Shown: positions 1 to 23,754, counted from the stretch's first letter. The stretch is 64,000 bases of DNA from Escherichia coli (GCF_001677475.2 NZ_CP015229.1), one strand, 5' to 3'. The notes: generated by a model not told the origin, from the letters alone. Program-made: numbers and translations.

Positions 1-318
1 GCATGTAATTGCTGTTTCGTCCGGTTTATCGATAAGTTCGGTATGTTCGCATTCAGGATAGTTACTGCAACCAATAAACATACCAAAGCGTCCCTGGCGT
101 AATACCAGATTTGCGCCACATGCAGGGCAAACCTGCCCCTCCAGAACTTTGACGATATGTCCATCCGCTGAAGATTTCAGAGGACGGACGTAGTCACACG
201 CCGGATACTGTGAGCATCCAAGAAACGGACCGTGTTTCCCGGATCGAATAACCAGTTCAGCCCCGCACTTTGGGCAGGACTCATTATTACGCACCGTGAA
301 CAGTGCTGATTTTGCCAT
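1..318 (-). CDS. yrdD: YrdD, topoisomerase-like C4 zinc-ribbon DNA-binding protein (N-terminal 106 codons; gene continues past window start)
   Basis: Minus-strand ATG at 316-318; translation MAKSALFTVRNNESCPKCGAELV... with repeated CxxC zinc-ribbon motifs; open to position 1; lies upstream of smg as expected. Confidence 0.8.
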   Translation of the reverse strand, partial: MAKSALFTVRNNESCPKCGAELVIRSGKHGPFLGCSQYPACDYVRPLKSSADGHIVKVLEGQVCPACGANLVLRQGRFGMFIGCSNYPECEHTELIDKPDETAITC

Positions 319-346
319 AACAACTTATGCTGAATTAAAGAAATGA

Positions 347-820
347 TTAATGCAGCATACCTTCATTCACTTCAAAGAGTAATTCTTCCATTTGCTGGTA
401 CGCATTTTCGCAGCCCGGAATATTGAATAACACCATCAGGATTACCCATTTCAGGTCTTCCAGGTCGAACTCAGCGGTATCCAGCGCGAGCACTCGCTCT
501 ATCACCATTTCACGGGTTTCAAGGTTAAGCACCTGAATTTGCTCAAGGAAAAGCAAAAAACCACGACAGCTGGCATCCAGTCTTTCACACTCTTCAGGGG
601 TATAAATACGCATGGAGAGTGGATCAGAGGCCAGTTGCATCGGTTCTGCCAGTCCTTCCTGATAATCCGCAAGCTTTTCCAGCCAAAGCAGGGCATTGTA
701 GATATCTTCTCGATCAAATCCTGCGTCGGTAAGATCCTGTTCAAGTTTGTCTTGATCCACACGCAACTCAGCTTCTGTGTGAATATAGGTTTCAAACAAA
801 TACATTAGTACGTCGAACAT
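347..820 (-). CDS. smg: Smg protein (DUF494)
   Basis: 157-aa [17 protein letters not shown]...; overlaps dprA 3-prime end by 29 nt. Confidence 0.9.
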
Positions 821-1916
821 GGCATGCCCTCCTCAATCGGACATAGCCGCCGGGTACAGCTGCGATCCATCCTGCTAACTCCAGTTCGAGTAGTTGAGTA
901 ACTACCTCTGGCACAGGTTGGCCGGCACGTTCAGCGACGACGTCAACAGGTGTTACCTCATCTCCTACGTTAGCCAGGAGCTCAGGAAATGGCAATGCCA
1001 CGTCTTGCTGATCTGGTGAATAAAATGAATTTTCAGGGGCGTCTGGCAACCAGTGCAATCCAAATTGCAAGTTTTCCAGAATTTCTTCCGGTTCCGTCAC
1101 AAGAATCGCACCTTGTTTTATTAACCAGTGAGGCCCTTCGCTTCCCGGATTCCCTATTGGTCCTGGCAAAGCAAAAACTTCACGCCCCTGCTCAAGCGCA
1201 CAACGTGCTGTCACCAGCGAACCACTGCGCAAAGCCGCTTCCACCACCAGTACGCCTTTACTTAAACCACTGATAATGCGATTTCTTCGTGGGAAATTGT
1301 AAGCAAGGGGTGGAACATCGAGGGGAAATTCCGAGACAAGAGCCCCACCATGTTCAAGCAAACTGGTAGCCAGTCGGGCATGGCGACGCGGATGAATGGT
1401 ATTAAGTCCATTCCCCAATACAGCAATGCTGATGCCATTTACCTGTAAGGCCGCTTTATGCGCCACACCATCGATTCCACGCGCCAGTCCACTCGTAATT
1501 GTCACTCCACGGGTCGCCAGAGTTTCGCAAAATAATCGTCCCCATCGCTCGCCATACCATGAATGCGCCCGACTCCCCACTACGGCAAGCTGAAATGAAT
1601 GCAACGCGTGCAGTTCTCCTGCAACAAACAGTGCGCCGGGGTAATCTGTCGTCGCCAGAAGTTGAGGAGGATAAAATTCGCTGTCCGCAGGGATTAAATG
1701 ATGGTTGGGTTGCTCCAACCAACAAAGTGAGCTTTCGATACTCTTTCGCGGAAATGAAAGAAAGCGTTGTGCCTGCCGCAATGTAAGCCCTGTTTGCTGC
1801 AATACAACCGCATCAATATGCGACTGTTTTGCCAGCCAGTGAGCTATACGAACCATATCATCGCCGTACAAGCTGCTGATGCTCATTAAACGCAGCCAAA
1901 TTTCTGTATCGACCAT
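792..1916 (-). CDS. dprA: DNA-protecting protein DprA/Smf
   Basis: 374-aa ORF, length and sequence consistent with DprA; divergent from def-fmt. Confidence 0.9.
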
Positions 1917-2045
1917 CCTTATCTCCCTGCCATAAGCAGCCTTAGCAATCTTTGCGATTGGTCAGTGATGCTGTCAATCAGAGGGGGATTTGTCTAGAAT
2001 AGAAGAAATAATCTTTCTAACTCCTGAACACATCTCTGGAGATTT

Positions 2046-2555
2046 ATGTCAGTTTTGCAAGTGTTACATATTCCGGACGAGCGGCTTCGCAAAGTTGCTA
2101 AACCGGTAGAAGAAGTGAATGCAGAAATTCAGCGTATCGTCGATGATATGTTCGAGACGATGTACGCAGAAGAAGGTATTGGCCTGGCGGCAACCCAGGT
2201 TGATATCCATCAACGTATCATTGTTATTGATGTTTCGGAAAACCGTGACGAACGGCTGGTGTTAATAAATCCGGAGCTTTTAGAAAAAAGCGGCGAAACA
2301 GGCATTGAAGAAGGTTGCCTGTCGATCCCTGAACAACGTGCTTTAGTGCCACGCGCAGAGAAAGTTAAAATTCGCGCCCTGGACCGCGACGGTAAACCAT
2401 TTGAACTGGAAGCAGACGGTCTGTTAGCCATCTGTATTCAGCATGAGATGGATCACCTGGTCGGCAAACTGTTTATGGATTATCTGTCACCGCTGAAACA
2501 ACAACGTATTCGTCAGAAAGTTGAAAAACTGGATCGTCTGAAAGCCCGGGCTTAA
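2046..2555 (+). CDS. def: Peptide deformylase
   Basis: 169-aa ORF with deformylase motifs ([20 protein letters not shown]); ATG start. Confidence 0.97.
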
Positions 2556-2569
2556 GGATAAGAACTAAC

Positions 2570-3517
2570 GTGTCAGAATCACTACGTATTATTTTTGCGG
2601 GTACACCTGACTTTGCAGCGCGTCATCTCGACGCGCTGTTGTCTTCTGGTCATAACATCGTTGGCGTGTTCACCCAGCCAGACCGACCAGCAGGACGCGG
2701 TAAAAAACTGATGCCCAGCCCGGTTAAAGTTCTGGCTGAGGAAAAAGGTCTGCCCGTTTTTCAACCTGTTTCCCTGCGTCCACAAGAAAACCAGCAACTG
2801 GTCGCCGACCTGCAGGCTGATGTTATGGTCGTCGTCGCCTATGGTTTAATTCTGCCGAAAGCTGTGCTGGAGATGCCGCGTCTTGGCTGTATCAACGTTC
2901 ATGGTTCACTGTTGCCACGCTGGCGCGGTGCTGCACCAATCCAACGCTCACTATGGGCGGGTGATGCAGAAACTGGTGTGACCATTATGCAAATGGATGT
3001 TGGTTTAGACACCGGTGACATGCTCTATAAGCTCTCCTGCCCGATTACTGCAGAAGATACCAGTGGTACGCTGTACGACAAGCTGGCAGAGCTTGGCCCA
3101 CAAGGGCTTATCACCACATTGAAACAACTGGCAGACGGCACGGCGAAACCAGAAGTTCAGGACGAAACTCTTGTCACTTACGCCGAAAAGTTGAGTAAAG
3201 AAGAAGCGCGTATTGACTGGTCGCTTTCGGCAGCGCAGCTTGAACGCTGCATTCGCGCTTTCAATCCATGGCCAATGAGCTGGCTGGAAATTGAAGGACA
3301 GCCGGTTAAAGTCTGGAAAGCGTCGGTCATTGATACGGCAACCAACGCTGCACCAGGAACGATCCTTGAAGCCAATAAACAAGGCATTCAGGTTGCGACT
3401 GGTGATGGCATCCTGAACCTGCTCTCGTTACAACCTGCGGGTAAGAAAGCGATGAGCGCGCAAGACCTCCTGAACTCTCGTCGGGAATGGTTTGTTCCGG
3501 GCAACCGTCTGGTCTGA
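2570..3517 (+). CDS. fmt: Methionyl-tRNA formyltransferase
   Basis: 315-aa ORF 14 nt after def; start codon is GTG at 2570. Confidence 0.95.
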   Translation: MSESLRIIFAGTPDFAARHLDALLSSGHNIVGVFTQPDRPAGRGKKLMPSPVKVLAEEKGLPVFQPVSLRPQENQQLVADLQADVMVVVAYGLILPKAVLEMPRLGCINVHGSLLPRWRGAAPIQRSLWAGDAETGVTIMQMDVGLDTGDMLYKLSCPITAEDTSGTLYDKLAELGPQGLITTLKQLADGTAKPEVQDETLVTYAEKLSKEEARIDWSLSAAQLERCIRAFNPWPMSWLEIEGQPVKVWKASVIDTATNAAPGTILEANKQGIQVATGDGILNLLSLQPAGKKAMSAQDLLNSRREWFVPGNRLV

Positions 3518-3562
3518 TAGTCCACTCTTCTAAGCCCGGTCTTGCCGGGCATTTTTATACTT

Positions 3563-4852
3563 ATGAAAAAACAACGTAATTTACGTAGCATGGCGGCCCA
3601 GGCCGTTGAACAAGTCGTCGAGCAAGGGCAATCATTAAGCAACATTCTGCCACCGCTCCAGCAAAAAGTTTCCGATAAAGACAAAGCACTTCTTCAAGAG
3701 TTGTGCTTTGGCGTACTGCGTACGCTTTCGCAGTTAGACTGGCTGATTAATAAGTTAATGGCCCGTCCGATGACCGGCAAACAGCGGACCGTGCATTACC
3801 TGATTATGGTTGGTTTGTATCAACTGCTTTATACCCGCATACCACCTCATGCTGCGCTGGCTGAAACGGTTGAAGGCGCTATCGCAATTAAGCGCCCGCA
3901 ACTTAAAGGGTTGATAAACGGTGTATTACGCCAGTTCCAGCGTCAGCAAGAAGAGTTATTAGCCGAGTTTAATGCCAGTGATGCACGTTATCTGCATCCT
4001 TCCTGGTTGCTGAAGCGTCTGCAAAAAGCGTATCCAGAGCAGTGGCAATCCATCGTCGAAGCTAATAACCAGCGTCCGCCAATGTGGCTGCGCGTTAATC
4101 GTACGCATCATTCCCGCGACAGCTGGCTTGCATTGCTGGATGAAGCAGGAATGAAAGGTTTCCCGCATGCGGATTACCCTGATGCTGTACGGCTGGAAAC
4201 ACCTGCACCTGTTCATGTGTTACCAGGTTTTGAAGAAGGATGGGTTACCGTTCAGGATGCATCAGCACAAGGTTGCATGGCCTGGCTTGCGCCACAAAAC
4301 GGTGAACACATTCTGGATCTTTGCGCTGCCCCCGGCGGTAAAACAACGCATATCCTTGAGGTGGCACCAGAAGCGCAGGTTGTTGCGGTTGATATCGACG
4401 AACAGCGCCTCTCTCGGGTTTACGACAATTTAAAACGCCTTGGTATGAAGGCGACCGTGAAACAAGGTGATGGCCGTTACCCTTCTCAATGGTGTGGCGA
4501 GCAACAGTTTGATCGCATTTTATTAGATGCGCCTTGTTCAGCAACCGGTGTGATTCGTCGCCATCCGGATATTAAATGGTTACGTCGCGATCGCGATATC
4601 CCAGAACTCGCGCAATTGCAGTCTGAAATTCTCGACGCCATTTGGCCACATTTAAAATCCGGTGGAACCCTGGTCTATGCCACCTGTTCGGTGTTACCGG
4701 AAGAGAATAGCCTGCAGATTAAAGCCTTTTTGCAACGTACCGCTGATGCCGAACTTTGCGAAACAGGAACACCAGAGCAACCGGGTAAACAAAATCTGCC
4801 TGGTGCCGAAGAGGGCGACGGCTTCTTTTACGCTAAGCTAATCAAAAAGTGA
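3563..4852 (+). CDS. rsmB: 16S rRNA (cytosine967-C5)-methyltransferase RsmB
   Basis: 429-aa ORF from ATG 3563 (MKKQRNLRS...); ORF track extends it 7 codons upstream; SAM-MTase motifs ([20 protein letters not shown]). Confidence 0.92.
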   Translation: MKKQRNLRSMAAQAVEQVVEQGQSLSNILPPLQQKVSDKDKALLQELCFGVLRTLSQLDWLINKLMARPMTGKQRTVHYLIMVGLYQLLYTRIPPHAALAETVEGAIAIKRPQLKGLINGVLRQFQRQQEELLAEFNASDARYLHPSWLLKRLQKAYPEQWQSIVEANNQRPPMWLRVNRTHHSRDSWLALLDEAGMKGFPHADYPDAVRLETPAPVHVLPGFEEGWVTVQDASAQGCMAWLAPQNGEHILDLCAAPGGKTTHILEVAPEAQVVAVDIDEQRLSRVYDNLKRLGMKATVKQGDGRYPSQWCGEQQFDRILLDAPCSATGVIRRHPDIKWLRRDRDIPELAQLQSEILDAIWPHLKSGGTLVYATCSVLPEENSLQIKAFLQRTADAELCETGTPEQPGKQNLPGAEEGDGFFYAKLIKK

Positions 4853-4873
4853 TGAGATAACGGGTCGCGACTG

Positions 4874-6250
4874 ATGAAAATTATCATTCTGGGTGCCGGC
4901 CAGGTTGGCGGCACACTGGCGGAAAACCTGGTTGGCGAGAACAACGATATTACTGTTGTCGATACCAACGGTGAGCGTCTGCGGACCTTACAGGATAAAT
5001 TTGACCTGCGGGTCGTGCAGGGGCATGGCTCTCATCCACGCGTATTGCGGGAGGCAGGTGCCGACGACGCCGATATGCTGGTTGCTGTAACCAGTTCAGA
5101 TGAAACCAATATGGTTGCCTGCCAGGTAGCCTACTCACTTTTCAACACCCCTAATCGCATCGCTCGTATCCGCTCACCAGACTACGTGCGCGATGCCGAT
5201 AAGCTATTTCATTCAGATGCTGTGCCGATTGATCATCTGATCGCACCAGAGCAGTTGGTTATCGATAATATTTACCGACTGATTGAGTATCCCGGCGCAT
5301 TGCAGGTGGTGAACTTCGCTGAGGGTAAAGTCAGCCTGGCTGTGGTTAAAGCCTATTATGGCGGCCCGCTGATTGGTAATGCACTTTCGACCATGCGCGA
5401 ACATATGCCACATATCGATACTCGTGTGGCAGCAATTTTCCGCCACGATCGCCCCATTCGTCCGCAAGGTTCGACCATTGTTGAAGCTGGTGATGAAGTG
5501 TTCTTTATTGCCGCTTCACAGCATATCCGCGCGGTGATGAGTGAATTACAGCGACTGGAAAAACCGTATAAGCGGATCATGCTGGTTGGTGGCGGTAATA
5601 TCGGTGCAGGGCTGGCGCGTCGTCTGGAAAAAGATTACAGCGTTAAACTCATCGAACGTAATCAGCAGCGCGCTGCTGAACTGGCGGAAAAGTTGCAGAA
5701 TACGATCGTCTTTTTTGGTGATGCGTCGGATCAAGAACTGCTGGCTGAAGAACATATCGATCAAGTTGATCTGTTTATTGCCGTCACCAACGATGACGAG
5801 GCCAATATCATGTCCGCCATGCTTGCCAAACGTATGGGTGCGAAAAAGGTGATGGTATTGATCCAGCGTCGCGCTTATGTGGATCTGGTTCAGGGGAGCG
5901 TGATCGATATTGCGATTTCACCACAACAAGCAACTATTTCTGCGTTGCTTAGCCATGTGCGAAAAGCAGATATTGTTGGTGTTTCCTCATTGCGCCGCGG
6001 CGTAGCAGAAGCTATTGAAGCCGTTGCTCACGGTGATGAAAGCACCTCACGCGTTGTCGGCAGAGTCATTGACGAAATCAAGCTACCGCCAGGAACGATT
6101 ATTGGAGCGGTGGTACGTGGAAACGACGTGATGATTGCCAATGACAATCTGCGCATTGAGCAAGGCGATCACGTAATTATGTTCCTCACAGATAAAAAGT
6201 TTATTACCGACGTCGAAAGACTGTTCCAGCCAAGTCCTTTCTTCTTGTAA
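4874..6250 (+). CDS. trkA: Trk potassium uptake protein TrkA (tandem NAD-binding domains)
   Basis: 458-aa ORF with two Rossmann GxGxxG motifs ([19 protein letters not shown]). Confidence 0.96.
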   Translation: MKIIILGAGQVGGTLAENLVGENNDITVVDTNGERLRTLQDKFDLRVVQGHGSHPRVLREAGADDADMLVAVTSSDETNMVACQVAYSLFNTPNRIARIRSPDYVRDADKLFHSDAVPIDHLIAPEQLVIDNIYRLIEYPGALQVVNFAEGKVSLAVVKAYYGGPLIGNALSTMREHMPHIDTRVAAIFRHDRPIRPQGSTIVEAGDEVFFIAASQHIRAVMSELQRLEKPYKRIMLVGGGNIGAGLARRLEKDYSVKLIERNQQRAAELAEKLQNTIVFFGDASDQELLAEEHIDQVDLFIAVTNDDEANIMSAMLAKRMGAKKVMVLIQRRAYVDLVQGSVIDIAISPQQATISALLSHVRKADIVGVSSLRRGVAEAIEAVAHGDESTSRVVGRVIDEIKLPPGTIIGAVVRGNDVMIANDNLRIEQGDHVIMFLTDKKFITDVERLFQPSPFFL

Positions 6251-6253
6251 TTA

Positions 6254-6285
6254 ATAAGGCGTCTAATGACGCCTTATTATTTCCC
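6254..6285 (+). terminator. Probable intrinsic terminator after trkA
   Basis: Stem ATAAGGCGTC (6254-6263), loop TAAT, stem GACGCCTTAT (6268-6277), then T-rich tract. Confidence 0.6.
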
Positions 6286-6379
6286 TTTGATTATCAAGGA
6301 TTAATTAAATTCATTCCTGGCAGGAAAATGGCTTAACATTTGTTAGACTTATGGTTGTCGGCTTCATAGGGAGAATAAC

Positions 6380-6790
6380 ATGAGCATTATTAAAGAATTT
6401 CGCGAATTTGCGATGCGCGGGAACGTGGTGGATTTGGCGGTGGGTGTCATTATCGGTGCGGCATTCGGGAAGATTGTATCTTCACTGGTTGCCGATATCA
6501 TTATGCCACCTCTGGGCTTATTAATTGGCGGGATCGACTTTAAACAATTTGCTGTCACGCTACGCGATGCGCAGGGGGATATCCCTGCTGTTGTGATGCA
6601 TTACGGTGTCTTCATTCAAAACGTCTTTGATTTTCTGATTGTGGCCTTTGCCATCTTTATGGCGATTAAGCTAATCAACAAACTGAATCGGAAAAAAGAA
6701 GAACCAGCAGCCGCACCAGCACCAACTAAGGAAGAAGTATTACTGACAGAAATTCGTGATTTGCTGAAAGAGCAGAATAACCGCTCTTAA
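6380..6790 (+). CDS. mscL: Large-conductance mechanosensitive channel MscL
   Basis: 136-aa [36 protein letters not shown]... Confidence 0.97.
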
Positions 6791-7005
6791 CAAACGCCTG
6801 AAAGCAGAAGGCCAGTGGTAAAAAAGTGATTTACTTTCTTGCCACTGGCCTCCCAGTTCCCCCGATTGCCATGTTTTCCTTTTCGCATGTAACTGCCTTT
6901 CCCTTTCTTATTTTTCTCTACTCGCTGTCGGAATAAGGGATCATGTAGTAATGCTTCTATCGCATTATCCTTTATCTGCCCTTTAGTATGCTGATATCGG
7001 CTCAT
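6787..7005 (-). CDS. arfA: Alternative ribosome-rescue factor ArfA (YhdL)
   Basis: 72-aa [54 protein letters not shown]...; convergent with mscL, overlapping its stop by 4 nt. Confidence 0.9.
   Translation of the reverse strand: MSRYQHTKGQIKDNAIEALLHDPLFRQRVEKNKKGKGSYMRKGKHGNRGNWEASGKKVNHFFTTGLLLSGVC
6810..6850 (-). ncRNA. arfA 3-prime stem-loop (RNase III cleavage hairpin inside the coding sequence; probable terminator for convergent mscL/arfA)
   Basis: Perfect 9-bp arms GGCCAGTGG (6810-6818) and CCACTGGCC (6842-6850) with partly paired interior; covers arfA codons about 53-66. Confidence 0.6.
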
Positions 7006-7060
7006 AAAAACTCCAGTTGGTTATTTAACGGCGCGAGTGTAATCCTGTCAGTGCAAAAAA

Positions 7061-7486
7061 TCAACAGCCACTCTTAACGCCACTCGCCCCTTGTTCAAGA
7101 GCTTCAAGAATCGAGCAATAAACACTGCTATGGGCGGTCCCACAACAGGCATCGTTAAGGCGTTGCAAGGAACGCTGCATACTCTGCAACTCGGCTATCC
7201 GTGCTTCGACTTCCTGCAATCTTTCCTGCACAATGCCTTTTGACTCCTGACAGGTATGGTGTTCAGGATCGATACGGATCGACAGCAACTCGCGGATCGA
7301 CTCTAGACTGAAACCTAGTTGTCTGGCATGGCGGATAAATTTCAATCGCTGGAGATCGCTTTCGGTATACAGGCGAAACCCACCTTCAGTACGCACTTCA
7401 TGCTCCATCATCTGCTGTTTTTCGTAATAACGAATCGTGTCGGGTGTTACTTCCGCCATTTTTGCCAGCTCACCAATGCGATACAT
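7061..7486 (-). CDS. zntR: MerR-family Zn(II)-responsive regulator ZntR
   Basis: 141-aa ORF MYRIGELAKMAEVTPDTIRYYEKQ... (MerR HTH) with C-terminal Cys/His metal ligands. Confidence 0.95.
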   Translation of the reverse strand: MYRIGELAKMAEVTPDTIRYYEKQQMMEHEVRTEGGFRLYTESDLQRLKFIRHARQLGFSLESIRELLSIRIDPEHHTCQESKGIVQERLQEVEARIAELQSMQRSLQRLNDACCGTAHSSVYCSILEALEQGASGVKSGC

Positions 7487-7496
7487 ACATACTCCA

Positions 7497-7865
7497 CTAG
7501 TTATCGTTGATTTTATTCAACAACTTGTCAGCATAATCGCCGCGTAAAAAATCGGTACTCAGTCCAGCTTGTCGCAGCTTCAATTCCAGTAATGACAATC
7601 GACGGCTAACCTCTTGATATTGCGGATCATCGTGACGGATACCTCTCAGGATATCCAGAAGCTGAATTGCTTCCCTCCGCTGCTCAAGTTCTGGCGGTAA
7701 GCAACCGGCATTCTTCAGCAAGCGATACCCCGCACGTAATTCCGGTGGCACATGAGAATCATCATCCAGTATCAATGGTTCGCCGCTACCTGCCAGGTTA
7801 TCAAACTCACCTTTCGCTTGCGCTTCTGCTATATGACGCTCTGCCCACTGGTCAAGTAACCACAT
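7497..7865 (-). CDS. yhdN: DUF1992 protein YhdN
   Basis: 122-aa ORF in conserved position between rplQ and zntR. Confidence 0.85.
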   Translation of the reverse strand: MWLLDQWAERHIAEAQAKGEFDNLAGSGEPLILDDDSHVPPELRAGYRLLKNAGCLPPELEQRREAIQLLDILRGIRHDDPQYQEVSRRLSLLELKLRQAGLSTDFLRGDYADKLLNKINDN

Positions 7866-7930
7866 ATATACTCCAGGGGATGAACAAAAAGAGTACAGCT
7901 ATTGTAGATAAGTGGGGATGCTACGGGTAT

Positions 7931-7958
7931 AAAAAAACCCGCCGGGGCGGGTTTTTTT
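7931..7958 (-). terminator. Intrinsic terminator at end of alpha operon (after rplQ)
   Basis: A7-CCCGCC-GGGG-CGGG-T7 palindrome; reads as GC stem plus T-run on the minus strand 14 nt after the rplQ stop. Confidence 0.8.
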
Positions 7959-7971
7959 ACGTTGCTTCAGA

Positions 7972-8379
<408 letters not shown>

Positions 8380-8395
8380 TTAACCTGTGATCCGG

Positions 8396-9385
8396 TTACT
8401 CGTCAGCGATGCTTGCCGGTGGCCAGTTTTCCAGGCGCATGCCCAGAGACAGTCCACGGGAAGCCAGCACGTCTTTAATCTCAGTAAGAGATTTTTTACC
8501 AAGGTTAGGCGTTTTAAGGAGCTCAACCTCGGTACGCTGTACCAGATCACCGATATAGTGGATAGCTTCTGCTTTAAGGCAGTTAGCAGAGCGGACAGTC
8601 AATTCCAGATCGTCAACAGGGCGCAGCAGGATCGGATCGAACTCTGGTTTCTCTTCTTTCACTTCAGGCTGACGTACATCACGTAAGTCAACGAAAGCTT
8701 CCAGTTGTTCAGCCAGAATGGTTGCCGCACGACGAATCGCCTCTTCAGGATCGATTGTGCCGTTGGTTTCCATTTCGATGACCAGCTTGTCCAGGTCGGT
8801 ACGCTGTTCTACACGCGCTGCTTCAACATTGTAGGCAATACGCTCCACAGGGCTGTAGCATGCGTCGACCAGCAGACGGCCGATTGGGCGCTCATCTTCT
8901 TCCGAATGAATTCGGGTAGAAGCCGGCACATAACCACGACCGCGCTGAACTTTGATACGCATGCTAATAGACGCGTTCTCATCGGTCAGGTGGCAGATCA
9001 CGTGCTGCGGCTTGACGATTTCGACATCACCGTCGTGGGTGATATCGGCTGCAGTCACAGGGCCAATGCCAGATTTATTCAAGGTAAGAATAACTTCATC
9101 TTTGCCCTGAACTCTCACCGCCAGCCCTTTCAGGTTGAGCAGGATTTCCAGGATATCTTCCTGAACGCCTTCTTTGGTGCTGTACTCATGTAGTACACCA
9201 TCAATCTCAACCTCGGTCACCGCGCAACCCGGCATCGATGAGAGCAGAATACGGCGCAGTGCGTTACCCAGAGTATGGCCAAAGCCACGCTCTAAAGGCT
9301 CAAGGGTCACCTTGGCGTGCGTCGAACTCACTTGCTCGATATCAACCAGGCGCGGTTTTAGAAACTCTGTCACAGAACCCTGCAT
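8396..9385 (-). CDS. rpoA: RNA polymerase alpha subunit
   Basis: 329-aa [29 protein letters not shown]... Confidence 0.98.
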
Positions 9386-9410
9386 TGTGTCCTCTCTTTG
9401 GTACTAAGCT

Positions 9411-10457
<1,047 letters not shown>

Positions 10458-10470
10458 TCAATCACCCCGA

Positions 10471-10836
<366 letters not shown>

Positions 10837-10926
10837 CTACTATTTAATATGTACGTTCCATGCTGAAAAGCCCGTTTTCAGGATACTCAAATGGAAACGC
10901 ACAGACATACAAAAGATTGGCTGGCT

Positions 10927-10955
10927 AATCTAGCCAGCTCAACCCAACTTTGCAA
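10927..10955 (-). promoter_or_regulatory. Alpha-operon promoter (sigma70 type)
   Basis: Minus-strand TTGCAA (10950-10955), 17-nt spacer, TAGATT (10927-10932), about 100 nt upstream of the rpsM ATG. Confidence 0.6.
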
Positions 10956-10973
10956 GAAAAATATGCGAAAAAA

Positions 10974-12453
<1,480 letters not shown>

Positions 12454-12460
12454 CTGCTAC

Positions 12461-13594
<1,134 letters not shown>

Positions 13595-13599
13595 CTACC

Positions 13600-14907
<1,308 letters not shown>

Positions 14908-14934
14908 TTACTCCCGTGATTCAATTGGTGACAA

Positions 14935-15243
<309 letters not shown>

Positions 15244-15254
15244 GTAACCCTACC

Positions 15255-16517
<1,263 letters not shown>

Positions 16518-16583
16518 CTAATGTCAACTACTACTGAGACCCGAAAATCAGGTCGTTAAAAATCCCCATATCGAGGGCGCGGC

Positions 16584-16612
16584 ATTATAACACCGCTTCA
16601 AGGATATGGGTA
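16584..16612 (-). promoter_or_regulatory. Candidate spc-operon promoter (extended -10)
   Basis: Minus-strand TGtTATAAT (-10 hexamer 16584-16589) about 80 nt upstream of rplN and just downstream of the S10 terminator; -35 region is weak (TACCCA). Confidence 0.4.
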
Positions 16613-16613
16613 G

Positions 16614-16644
16614 AAAAAATAAACGGCTCATTTCTGAGCCGTTT
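16614..16644 (-). terminator. Intrinsic terminator at end of S10 operon (after rpsQ)
   Basis: Minus-strand AAACGGCTC-AGAAAT-GAGCCGTTT stem-loop followed by ATTTTTT, 26 nt after the rpsQ stop. Confidence 0.8.
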
Positions 16645-16669
16645 ATTCGTATCGAGAGAGTGTACTGTA

Positions 16670-18598
<1,929 letters not shown>

Positions 18599-18603
18599 CT
18601 ACC

Positions 18604-18885
<282 letters not shown>

Positions 18886-18898
18886 TTATCCTCTAAAA

Positions 18899-21294
<2,396 letters not shown>

Positions 21295-21314
21295 TCAATC
21301 GCTCAATGACCTGA

Positions 21315-21797
<483 letters not shown>

Positions 21798-21803
21798 CCG
21801 CGC

Positions 21804-21831
21804 ATTATACATACTTAACCACCGAACGCAA
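21804..21831 (-). promoter_or_regulatory. S10 operon promoter (sigma70 type)
   Basis: Minus-strand TTGCGT (21826-21831), 16-nt spacer, consensus TATAAT (21804-21809). Confidence 0.65.
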
Positions 21832-21863
21832 GCGTATTGCTAGTAAAGTAAACAGCCTTTGGG

Positions 21864-22283
21864 TTATCTCTCAAGTTCGTTCAGCGCATTTTTGACACGC
21901 TCTCTTAAACCGGCTTTCTCGTCACTTTCTTCTACAGTATTTTCTTCGTCTTCAGAAGAAGAGGGAGCATTCTCAACCGCGACGCCTTGGTCATCTTCCT
22001 CCTCGACGGATTCGACGACGGGGAGTGGCTGTTTTTTGAAGAAATAGTGTTGTGTTGATTGTTTAAAAGCGGGCGTTTCAGCATCTACAGTGACTTCGGC
22101 TTTTACTATCCAAAGCGCCCATAGCTGCCTGGCATACCCACCAACCAGCACCATTCCTGCAAACCACAGGCAAATCAGTAATAAACAAATGACATATATT
22201 ATGGTGCTGTGTTTTTGTCGGGAGAAGATACCAGGTTGACCTGATTCTTTCTGCTCACGCGCGGCGATATAGAATTCAAACAT
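21864..22283 (-). CDS. gspB: GspB, T2SS accessory protein (ExeB-like single-pass membrane protein with acidic C-terminal tail)
   Basis: 139-aa ORF with hydrophobic segment and Glu/Asp/Ser-rich C-terminus; directly downstream of gspA with 1-nt spacing. Confidence 0.85.
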   Translation of the reverse strand: MFEFYIAAREQKESGQPGIFSRQKHSTIIYVICLLLICLWFAGMVLVGGYARQLWALWIVKAEVTVDAETPAFKQSTQHYFFKKQPLPVVESVEEEDDQGVAVENAPSSSEDEENTVEESDEKAGLRERVKNALNELER

Positions 22284-22284
22284 G

Positions 22285-23754
22285 TCATTTCCCCTTCACT
22301 GTTGTTTCCGGGGAAATATTTGCTTCATCCCGATATAAGTAGGCACTCTCCCCTGCCACCTGCCAGAGATGTACTAACGTTGAAAAGCCAACAACACCGT
22401 CAGTTTTCAAGTGGTGGCTTTTTTGAAATTGCTTTATTTTTTCTACCAACAAGGGCCGCCACTCTGCCGAAGGTTCTGTCGAAATGTGCAATGCGCGGTT
22501 TAACATCGTTTCCAGCCAGAGAATCTCTTCCTCGCTGCTATCACGCGTAATGGTACTCTCCCCTTCCGGCGACATTTTCCATAACAGAAGATAATCACCC
22601 GTCCATACCGACTCAAACCATTGATGTGTCAGCGTCCAGGTTTGCTGCCCTACGAGGACATCAACGGTAGCATCACCTACGCGAACGATCACAACAGGCA
22701 ATTTTTTGTCCCCGACTTTAAGCGATGCGATCCAGGGCAAATTCTGATCTACCAATGTTTGTAAAGAAGCATTCCCACTTTTACATGCCAGCCCCGCTCT
22801 TACTGCCTGATCGCACCAGGCCGAATCGGCTGGGACCTCGTACCCCCATACGCCGTATAACACGCTTAGCGCCTCACTATCGCGCATCACCATATGGGCA
22901 ATATCCATAGTCATATCTTGTTTAACTTCTGGCGTTACGGGTACCAGCCACGCAGGAACGGGTAACGGAGCTGTAAAAGAGGACAGCAGTAGCCAACCAC
23001 AGGTAAGAGCGATAATGGTTCCACTCATCACCACGGCAAGCTGCATTTTCCGGGGACGGTTATCACCCAATATGCGGTAAATCATTCGCCATTGTTTTGC
23101 TGTGAAAACGCTGGTCTGCTCGGCTTGCTGTAATAAGCGAATTGTTTCGCCGGCAAGCGCCAGCTTTCTGCGATCGCCCCGACATAATAAAGCTATCCGT
23201 TTCAGAACTCTGGCGGTTAAAAGGAGATCGGGTTGGTCAATATTCTGACCTTCAAGGATACTAGCCTTAATTTCGTGCTCCGTCAGACGTCCTGTCGAGA
23301 CAAGTTCAATGCCCTGTTTTTTAAAATCACGTTCGACTTTTCGATCGGGTCTGCCGAGCAGCAAAAATTGACCGTCAGGAATAAGAGATATCGCGCGTTG
23401 GAGATCATCAAGTATGCGGCGGTGATTCAGGTGAGCATTTTCAATAATAATAAGAGGGCAGCGACTATCAGTTCGATGAAGCGCATGCAGTAATTGCCCC
23501 GCCATCTCATCTCGCGTCCAGGCGCTGTCACGGCAGCCCTGTTCAGCCGCGTTATCGTCGGTAACAATCCATGCGGCCTTACCTTGCCAGGAAACAACGA
23601 GGCTTAAAGTAATCACACGGCGATGTTTATCTTTTTGTAATTGCTGCGCCAGCCAGGTTTTTCCACTTCCAGCCTCACCCAACAAATAGCACAGACGCCA
23701 GGTCTGACGTTTCTCACGCAACCAGGAAAGAATAACTTCTCTTCTCGTAGACAT
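22285..23754 (-). CDS. gspA: GspA, T2SS accessory ATPase-like protein (ExeA-like; P-loop NTPase plus peptidoglycan-binding region)
   Basis: 489-aa ORF with Walker A GEAGSGKT; divergent from gspC across an AT-rich gap. Confidence 0.88.
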   Translation of the reverse strand: MSTRREVILSWLREKRQTWRLCYLLGEAGSGKTWLAQQLQKDKHRRVITLSLVVSWQGKAAWIVTDDNAAEQGCRDSAWTRDEMAGQLLHALHRTDSRCPLIIIENAHLNHRRILDDLQRAISLIPDGQFLLLGRPDRKVERDFKKQGIELVSTGRLTEHEIKASILEGQNIDQPDLLLTARVLKRIALLCRGDRRKLALAGETIRLLQQAEQTSVFTAKQWRMIYRILGDNRPRKMQLAVVMSGTIIALTCGWLLLSSFTAPLPVPAWLVPVTPEVKQDMTMDIAHMVMRDSEALSVLYGVWGYEVPADSAWCDQAVRAGLACKSGNASLQTLVDQNLPWIASLKVGDKKLPVVIVRVGDATVDVLVGQQTWTLTHQWFESVWTGDYLLLWKMSPEGESTITRDSSEEEILWLETMLNRALHISTEPSAEWRPLLVEKIKQFQKSHHLKTDGVVGFSTLVHLWQVAGESAYLYRDEANISPETTVKGK

